Positions 54,460 through 64,000 of a stretch of DNA of 64,000 nt are shown here, in pieces. The translations under genes were made by a program, and so were the position numbers. The notes beneath the pieces are model-generated. The model was not told the origin of the DNA and ran no database searches. It was given only the letters and a program-made list of their open reading frames with translations. The stretch's first letter is position 1, and each line of letters opens with the position of its first letter. The stretch is from the human T2T-CHM13v2.0 reference genome, Homo sapiens. Location of the stretch: assembly GCF_009914755.1 (NCBI RefSeq), contig NC_060931.1. One strand, 5' to 3'.

Positions 54460-57400
54460 CACATACCCTCTTACAGATGATGGAGATGCTCCAAGAGAAG
54501 TCCCCACCTCTTCCTGCCCTGCTCTCCTCCAGAGGATGAAAAAGAAACTAAATGATAAGGGTAATGCGGCTCTAGGCCGGCTGAGGAACTGTGTGTTGAA
54601 TAACTGCATTTTCTGCAATAGAATGCACTCTTAATTTTAACTACTAAAATAATCCCAAGCCACCTTTGGTTCATTAACAAACCAGAGATTTCATTTAAGT
54701 AGCTGTGTTTTGCTCTTCTCTAACTTACCAACATCTTGTGTTGTGTTGGGTGTGTTTTGTCACTTGGAGAACTAGTGTGACCCCACCCAAGAGCATGACA
54801 CACCCTGGTGTTGTTAATGGAGCGCCGTGAATTTTCAGTGTGGGATCCTGAAATGGCAATTGCACATGTCTGCATGGCAGAGAGCACCCTGCCATGAGAT
54901 CTGAGACCAGTACTTAACTTCTAGGACTGCAACACCTACTCCAATGTGTGGGAAAGATTTGCTCTTAATTCTCAGTCTGGACAGTGAGACCACCCCGCTG
55001 TGGAAACATGGGTGCTCTGCTCTGTAGTTACCTACTAAGGGAAAAGGCAAGCAAGTCATTCTGCTTGCTAGGCATCAAAAAGAAAGAAAATAAATTATAG
55101 CTATTTGTTAACCACTGAAAAAAGCAAAAGCCTTAAGAATGTGGATGTGGGTATTACCTTGGGGTTCTGAGGGTAATATTTATCCTCTAGATACGGCTGA
55201 ACAAGAAAGAAAAAAATCAGACATTAATGCAGCCATGGGATATTGGGATCTGTTGACCTTGCTACTGCTGTGTGTTCAGCATTTCAGCAACACTGGCAAA
55301 CACAACACAGTTCCTCTTCCCCCTACCTAACCCAAGAAATTGAACAGGAAATTGATTTTTAAGGAAACCACCATTTTCAGGTTTCCTCTCCTGGGGAACA
55401 TTCTGGCTGGTCTTCAGCCTGCCTATGTCACAATCAGGAACTCATCACATATTTTCTACTCAAGATTTCCCAGGTGGGCTCAGTTAGTATTTTAACAAAT
55501 GTACTTTTAAGAAAAATAGAAATACCAGTTAGAGGAAACTGTCAGTTAACATTTTAGAGAGATTTTGAATGGTTTTTCCGAACCATTCCTTTCCATACTT
55601 CAAAGATTCTCAATTTTACAGAAAAAGTTTGTTTAAGGCAGTGCATAGGTATACTTTAGTAGTGGAGGAACTTATACTAATTTTAAGCCAGCATTAAGGA
55701 TTTCCATGTTTCACCAAACTAAGTCAAGTGCAGGAGACTGGGGCAGAAGAAGGAGAAAATAAACTCGTTTTGAGAAATTTCATGTGATGAGGGTTTTTTG
55801 TTTTTTATGCTCATGTATCTGGTTCTCTTTGCTGCGTTGACTCTAAAAATGAGGTTATCCACTTTCCAAAGGACAAGTTTCAGAATAAGACTTGAGGCCA
55901 CATGAATTCTTGGACAGTATTTTACTTCTTTTACTTTATGGGAATCTCTGCTCTGTTCCCAGCATCTCGTATCTTCCACTAGAAGTATTCCATATTTAGA
56001 GCCTCGGCAAGGCTTTTGAGTGTAACAGATTAAGGGAACTCCCTTGTAGCCCCATCTTGTATTTTAATAACAGTGTGATTTTTTTTTATCTGAAAATCTG
56101 AATTCAGAAATTATCTAAACTGGACATTTTTAATTCTGTTTTACCCCCAAGGCCTGTTTTCTTTTCATTGCCAGAGTATTGTCGGTTATGCGTCAGCTCT
56201 TTTGTCATTAGGTACAGACCCTTCATTCAATCCTCAGAAACGTTGACATGAAGTAACATTGTGTTTTACAGTTATCAAAGTCACCATTATGTTTTTCTGT
56301 CTGTCTTCATTAGGGGTATGATAATGAAACTGCCGTATTGGATACTCTATTAATGTCTTGAGATGTCTGGTGCTTTGTTATTTTTTCACATCATGAGAAA
56401 TAAGAAGCCACTATTAATGAGTGATACAATTTGGCAAAACTTTTCAAATACTAAAACACTAAATTAGTAAAAATCTGGTAATATTAGTGCTTGCTATTGT
56501 AAATTTTTGCCATTTTTGCTTATCTTTGGGAAAAAAGTGACCTGGATCACACTGGAAGTTTCACTGTATTCAAGAGTAGAAATAGAAGGATGATTATCTT
56601 AAGTTATGTTTACACTTTGGTAATATTTGAAAATGGATGTATATACTGGAAATGTCTGTAAGTGTCTTGTTTTTGCACCTAATTTATGATCTATTATATT
56701 GCATTTTCTTAAATATCTTAGAAGTATTTTTCTTTATAACTTTGTATATTGAATGTTTAGATAAATGTCCAACTGACAATGTTATAAATCAAATTCTTAT
56801 TCCTAAAATCATTTAGTATTATAAGTATTTTGATTTTTTAAGTTAAATTATAGTAATTTTAGGCCGAAGTGAGTTATTTTAACATTACCACTTAAAACGG
56901 ATGAAATTGTAAAAGTCATTTGGTTTGATTGCCCCACAAAGCATAAGATGTAAACTGATTAAGGGTATGAAAGCAAAGTGAAAGACCTCAGATCTTGTGC
57001 ACATTTTGTTTTCCTATTATTTCTTTTATTGACTGTAGTGCATGATACCTAATCAAGGCTCCAATGTCTTGCACAATTCCTACTTTAATGCTAGTGGTTT
57101 TCAGTGTCCTTACAATTTAACACAGAATTGTTATTTCATCAACCTTAAAAACTGCAGTTTTTATTATCAGAAAATGAACAAAAAGGGAATATCTGGTTGC
57201 TATGAACTGATTCCCTAAAGGAGAGCTCAGTATGATTCTAACAATAGCCAAAAGTGTTTTGGGGTATAGGTTATGCTTTGTTGGGAGGGAATGTGTGGTG
57301 AGGAGGCCAAGCTGCAGACAGAAAGCATTGTATGAGCTGTATCTGGGTCAGGGTTTCCCATTAAAGGATGTTAGTTTTATAACAGATTACTTTGTTTAAG

Positions 57401-58419
57401 ACCATCTCCCTTCAAGTAACTCACAGTTTATGTAATACTAATCTCATTCTTTTTTTACCTGAATCAGGAATTTTCTGCAGAATGTTAAGTTAGGGAAGAA
57501 ACCTCATTTCATCCATTCTAACACTCCTGATGAAGTCCCCCTTTAGTTTCATGACAATAAAGCTGTTCTGTGGCTATCATCCTTTAGCTGGGATTGACAA
57601 TTGATTTCACACCCTCAACATCACAAGCTTTTTTTAACCCACAGCAGTTCATGATTGCAGTATGATAGGTACTAAAGCCAAACTCAGCTTTCAACTGGCA
57701 CAAAATGGGACTGTCACCTTTTGCTCCATTGTTGTTGGAAACAAAGTGGCAAGAGGGAAAATGAGGAACCAGATTTACCTTTGCCACTATCTGTGACCCT
57801 GTAATCATCACTAGCCTGAAATCTTAAAATATCCCAGTCCCAAGCTACAAAAATGGTCACAGGTGGTTTGATCTAGCACCTCGGCCGTTAGAGTTTGTGC
57901 TGAAGACAAATTTGTCTGGGTTCATTGTGCACCAGAATTAGCATGTGCTTGAAAATTGCATTTTATAAAAGGGAAATGAAAATTTGCATTTATATAGATA
58001 CTCTGATTCATGTTTAAGTGTTAAAGGTTATGCAGACTAAACTTCAAGAGGAGATCCAGTGTTTAACAATAGTGTTCTAGAGGATTCTAAAGGAAGCTGC
58101 CCCAGCAGCCCTGAGAGAACCATCTATACTTTGGATATGTTGTAGCCCCATCATTACACTGAGATATTTCCATTTGAGTAACTAAAGGTACTCCTGACAG
58201 AGCTGGAGATGAGGGGCATTTTGGTGGGCAGTGGTCACTAGGGTTCACGTCACCTACTTAATGCAAAGACCTTAGTGGTCTCAGAATGAAAAGGTAAAAT
58301 GGAAGAGAAAAGCACAGTCCTTTCCTGTCTTTTCAAATTTACTTTTTATTAAGGATGTACCTGTGCACTATTCTAAAGCTAAGCATTTAAGGATAAAGTC
58401 CAGAAATAAAATGTCCATA

Positions 58420-58451
<32 letters not shown>

Positions 58452-60565
58452 CTGTCATCTGTCACCCAGACTGGACTGCAGTGGTGCCATCATGTCTTAC
58501 TGCAGCCTCAAACTCCTGGGCTCAAGTGGTCCTCCTGCTTCAGCTTCCCAAGTAGCTGGGACTACAGGCATGTGCCACCACCCCCAGCCAAAACATCCAT
58601 ATTTTCTATTAGAATGGTTTACATTATGATGGGGGATGGGGAGCTGGGGGAGGGCTGTACATTCCCAAAAGAAAGTAGTGTTATAGGAAATCCAAATGCG
58701 CTTCAGTGATTCACTCCTGAAAAGCAGCCTGGGTATGTTGGCAGATTTTGTTTGCATTTGTCTTGCGTATTTAAAGTCTCAGGAAATCTAGTCTTGGTCC
58801 AAAACACTGGAGAAAAAAATAACACCAGACAAAACACATTTGAGTAACTTGAAGTAGCAGCATAGAATAGGCCCAACTAAGAAGTTGGAGGGGCAAAGAG
58901 AAAGCCGACAGAATCAGCTTCTCCTGGAAAGTGAAAGCATCAAGTTCTATTTATGGTAGACAGAGGGTCCTTATTTGCTTGTCCGTGGTGTCTATGTGGG
59001 CCTATTGAGGGAATGGTAGTTACTTGAAGGTTCACATATGTAAGCGTGTGGACCCAGCACAGTCTGTGACCTGATTCCAGATCCTCAAGAGTGGAGAAGG
59101 AAAGAAATATGATGATTTCCTATGCTTGACCCTAACCCAACCCCAAAACTGCTAGGGATTCAACAGTGAGTAAGATGTATGCAATAAGAGAACAGATAAC
59201 TTCTCAACAATGTGCATGCCGTTTGTGTAGATGTTCAGAACTACATATGTGTGAATATCACTCCCACCTTACACACGCACACACACTGCAATCACATGGC
59301 ATTAAAAAATATATTGTGTATGGAACTTGGCGAGGTCAGTCAGGACCTGGAGCTGTAATCATAGCCTTATTGCCACTTCTTGCGTTGTGTATACATTGAA
59401 TGGCTCATAGATTTTAAGAGATTTTTTTATTGTAAGTATTTCTACTAAATGCACTTATCCTTCTATATGTTTATATATTTTGGTAAAATTGATTTATCAG
59501 ATACTTGGTATTTTAGTAAGAAAATTTCCTCAAATATTTGGCTAATGCTTTGATGTCAAGATTGCATATTGCTGAGTTGGAGCTCAGAAGAAATGTATGC
59601 AGCTAAAAATTGCACTGTGTGTTCTTGTGAATTTGCTCACAATTCTAAAATGACATAATTGGTGGCTGTGATGCTTACAGTCACTGCCTACTGGCTCTCT
59701 TATGATGAATGTTGCCATCATATGATCATTTATTTACTTTTTGTGCAAGCAATGGCATTTTGGTTGTTGCCAAAAACAACACAAGTGGTTGGGAGTGTAT
59801 GTTGTTGGAAGGTGTACACTTCTGTTTCTTTCAGCTGTATTATTTATACACCCAGGTTTTCTGTTAAGGATGTAATCATTCATTCAAGAAAGAACAATTG
59901 GCAAGAAATAATTAAATTACCTTAAAAAGAATTAAGAGGCACTCCAGCCAGATAACACCTCCCAACAACATGAAATTTAGTTAGTGCTTAGTGAAATTCC
60001 TTAAATATATATGTATATGTTTTCTTCAACATTATTTAATATAACTACTGCTTTTATATTTTTTAATGGTGTTGCAACCACTTGTACACCTGCTACACCT
60101 TACTGACAAAACTGGGCAGCTGAAAATAAAAGAGAATAAATTCTATTCCACTGTAAGAAGTTGATTTCTTTTCAGCTTTCTTTGTATATCAGTAAAGAAC
60201 ACGAATTGTTTGAAAATAATTTTAAGTCTGATAAGTATGGATAGCATGTTACCTAAGCTTTTAATTTGTACATTTTGATGTCTGATCATTTGCATGGAAG
60301 AGACAATAGTGCCACGTCTGAATTGTTCTCTTGTGCTTGGTTAATATGTACTTCTCTAGATTGTTCAAAAAGTTTCAAATGACATTCCTTACTCTTTGGT
60401 TTTCAGAGGCATTCAAGCAAAATATCACAGTGGTCTTTTGTTTTCTGACCAATCTAACAATACCTGTGATTAAATTTAATTTGTTAGTGTAAATAAATTT
60501 CTTGCCAATGAGTATTATTGTTGTTAGACAACGAATGCAATAAAAAGAAATACTGAGGTCTGTTG
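54460..60565 (+). other. PPP1R9A: Long (~6 kb) PPP1R9A 3'UTR; 3' end approximate
   Basis: Follows the stop codon; almost repeat-free; several AATAAA (55089, 57556, 60125, 60135, 60492, 60539); U-rich element at ~60572-60597. Confidence 0.7.
58426..58589 (-). mobile_element. Alu monomer (FRAM/AluJ right arm) in the PPP1R9A 3'UTR
   Basis: 18-nt TSD aaaatgtccatattttct / aaaacatccatattttct. Confidence 0.9.
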
Positions 60566-60600
60566 AAGCAATTTTTTTTCCCTCTTCCATTTTCACCTTC
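60492..60600 (+). terminator. Likely main distal poly(A) signal(s) of PPP1R9A
   Basis: AATAAA at 60492-60497 and 60539-60544, upstream TGTA, downstream T8/pyrimidine tract. Confidence 0.6.
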
Positions 60601-61649
60601 AACTAAAACAAGCCTTGACTGGGTAAACCTGTATCAATTGTCAAAGCATATATCTGTCAATCAAGAGCAAAGTGCACATTTTTCATGGAAATGAAACTAA
60701 GTCTTAACTGTGGTAAAGTGTAAATTGGCAGCTAGAAATTACATTTGAAAGCACAATTATGGAACTGGGCATAAAGTTAAAAGAGCAAAGCCTGCACTCG
60801 AAGCTTCCTCGCCCGTCATTTTGTTCCCCTGTCGCTGCTTCACCATCAAAGTCTCTGATATCTCTCAGCCAGGAAAACCTCTGTGACAAATCCATTAAGT
60901 AGTCAGTCTCACATAGCGAGGGGCAAGCTAAGGAAGAATCAGGACCATCGTAGAGTATGGGGTTATTTTAAACAATATTCTTTCTAAAGCCTTAAAAATA
61001 AGTGAGGGCTATTAATTTCATTCATTCTTACACACGCAAACTATAATTTATATGTGACTAAGCCTATGTCAGTGCGAAAATTTAGATCTGGGAATCACAG
61101 AATACATGAATTAAGCTGTTTTCCTCTTTTTCACAATGTATGTTATGAAATTTCTAACCAAGCCATGTCCCTTTTTGAGTGATCTTGAGTATGTGCTGTG
61201 TCAAATTGGATAGGCTTTTGTTTCTTCAGTGGAATTTGCTTATCTATCATCAAGAACAAGAAAGAACAGAATGTGGTCATTTTATTGAAGATGTTAGGGA
61301 GCCTAACTACTCAGGAAATTCTTTCTTTCTAAATAATGAAATATGTTGGGGGTGTTCCCTAAGCATCACACTCATTGATAATTTCAAGACAGTCTTTCAG
61401 AGAACCCAGCATCCTGGGCTGTGAGCAGCATCTCAGAAAAATTGAGCCCATGTAGGGCACGGGATATTATGTCACTGGAATCATGAGTAACTCCAATCTT
61501 GCTGTGAATAAAGTGGTTTTTTGACCCAAACAAAATGTTCCTGTTTATTACTTCAAGTCAGTGATTCTTAAACAACTGTTGGTGGTTCTCAATTTATTGG
61601 CAAAACATTTTCCCGGAAATGCCAGACTATCATCATAACAAGTGCCTTA

Positions 61650-62036
<387 letters not shown>

Positions 62037-62149
62037 TCAAATCAGAAAAACAAATAAATGAAAATGTGTAACCTTTATATATCAGTTTCTATAACAAAAT
62101 GATAAAGTCATGTTTTCTTCCTAGTCATGTCTCAGTAGATAGCCAAAGG

Positions 62150-63099
62150 GGTTGTTGATCTTTTCTATTTATTTGTTTGTTTACCTTTCTATTATTTTTT
62201 TTCTTTTCAGCCTCCACAACAAGAAGTTTAAATATTAAACAAAAACCCACCAGCACTACCACCACCTCAACAACAGTGTAGTCTTTGGGGACACTTTTAG
62301 CTTCGCCCATGTCAATTATGGGATTCATTCTGTATCCAGTCATCGAAGTGAACAAACTTCCTTTAACCAAGTCAAAGACACTCAAATGTACAATTTGTGC
62401 CAAGATCATAGAGACTCATAATTTTCAGGTGTGACAACACTCCCAAGAATTTTAAGATTTTCCTATGTGTCATTGCAACAGGAGAATTGAAAAAGCAAGA
62501 GTACAAGGGGAGTTGGAATAATTCAGGTTAATATTTACTGAGAAAAAGTCATATATCGAAGGGAAAATGGGAGTAAGTAAGTCTGACTGCCATAGTCAGA
62601 CTTACTATGTGCATGGAGTAGAGGGGAACTTCATAATGCATATGTTTTCTGGCCTGTGAACTGGAGTCCCTGGGTGAGTACTGGAGTTCTAAAGACACGT
62701 GAGCTAACCCTGCTCCCCTGTGTCTTCTGAACAAGACATGGCAAGGCAGCGATACACACATGTGCTTCCAGGCAACACATGTTTTAGGGTAAGTACTTTT
62801 GGGGTCACACACTGTTATTTAATATCTGACAATTGACATAACTGATTTATCCATTTTAGTGAGAAGGATTTTTATGGTAAATGAGGTTTTCAAGTATTCC
62901 AAGACTGATTTGATAGTGTATTCTCAAAAAAAAGCCCTACACATCATATCACTCCCAGTTAAACAGTGCTTTGATGCTTCATGATGTCCACATTTAGGGT
63001 CAGCATTCATTGTTCAGCTAAGAACACTGGGTCCTCGGAATATGGCAAGCGGTTGAAATAATGGCCTCAGTTTCTATGGCATGGGTGCAAATCGGTCTG
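62150..63099 (-). other. PON1: PON1 3'UTR; end uncertain
   Basis: Downstream of the PON1 stop; minus-strand ATTAAA at 62818-62823 and AATAAA at 62168-62173, 61593-61598, 61544-61549. Confidence 0.6.
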
Positions 63100-63297
<198 letters not shown>

Positions 63298-63583
63298 TCA
63301 CTTAAAACAACCTTATGCATAATAGGGTCATCCTCCATAAGAAGCCATATAATCTTATACAATGAGATAAATCCTATTTTGTTCCAAAATTACACTTAAC
63401 ACACCTGTTTCTTCATTTGGGAACAGGTGGGTACTGATCTCAAGTGATCTTTAGCAGAGGTGGAGAGTATCTAGACCTACAGGGATGAGGCAGGAAATGC
63501 AAATGAGCAGCGCATCCTGGATGTGGGACATTAGGGAGCAGTGGGGATTTCAGTAAATGTGGAGGGAGGAAGCTGTTACTCAG

Positions 63584-64000
63584 TATGATAGTTAATACTG
63601 AGAGTCAACTTGATTGGATTGAAGGATGCAAAGTATTGATCCTGGGTGTCTGTGAGCGTGTTGCCAAAGGAGATTAACATTTGAGTCAGTGGGCTGCAAA
63701 AGGCAGACCCACCCTTAATCTGGGTGGGCACAATCTAATCAGCTGCCAGCGAATATAAAGCAGGCAGAAAAACATGAAGAGGAGAGACTGGCCTACCCTC
63801 CCAGCCTACATCTTTCTCCCATGCTGATGCTTCCTGCCCTCAAACATCAGACTCCAAATTCTTCAGTTTTGAGACTCAGACTGGCTCTCCTTGCTCCTCA
63901 GGCTTGCAGACCGCCTACTGTGGGATCTTGTGATCAGGTAAGTTAATACTTAATAAACCCCCTTTACATATATATATATCCTATTAGTTCTGTCCCTCTA
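63584..64000 (+). mobile_element. MLT2A (HERV-L LTR, MLT2A1-like) in the last PON1 intron, antisense to PON1; runs to the window end
   Basis: ttaatactgagagtcaacttgattggattgaaggatgcaaag...; TATA 63754, AATAAA 63952. Confidence 0.88.

Noticed and set aside
54228-54680. Alternate-frame and antisense ORFs over the last exon
   Set aside because: Shadows of a purine-rich coding exon.
61642-61649. miR-124 8mer GTGCCTTA
   Set aside because: Lies beyond the likely PPP1R9A poly(A) sites.

Overview
Human (primate) genomic DNA, AT-rich and repeat-rich. It holds the 3' half of PPP1R9A (neurabin-1) on the + strand and, tail-to-tail with it, the last exon of PON1 (paraoxonase 1) on the - strand, consistent with chr7q21.3. 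I assembled 13 PPP1R9A coding exons by hand from AG/GT boundaries and phase checks. They are four coiled-coil exons (11345-16287), a capping-protein-interaction-like exon (32706-32863), a four-exon alternative block with alternative acceptor and donor sites (33363-48486), a 120-nt exon, a 24-nt microexon, two SAM/C-terminal exons (stop at 54459), and then a ~6 kb 3'UTR. Introns carry about 12 Alu pieces, a truncated L1PA nested in older L1, MIR/L2, DNA transposon fossils (MADE1, MER58A, MER33, Tigger-like) and a U13 snoRNA retrocopy; an MLT2A LTR lies in the last PON1 intron. The most interesting hypothesis concerns the 16.4-kb intron (16288-32705). It falls exactly at the boundary between the spinophilin-like half and the SAMD14-like half of neurabin-1. 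It has a read-through ORF plus poly(A) signals at its 5' end and an in-frame ATG plus a promoter-like patch further 3', so the gene may be able to express the two halves separately. This is a well-studied locus. Gene and repeat identities come from my recall of sequences, not from database searches, and the novel claims are untested inferences.
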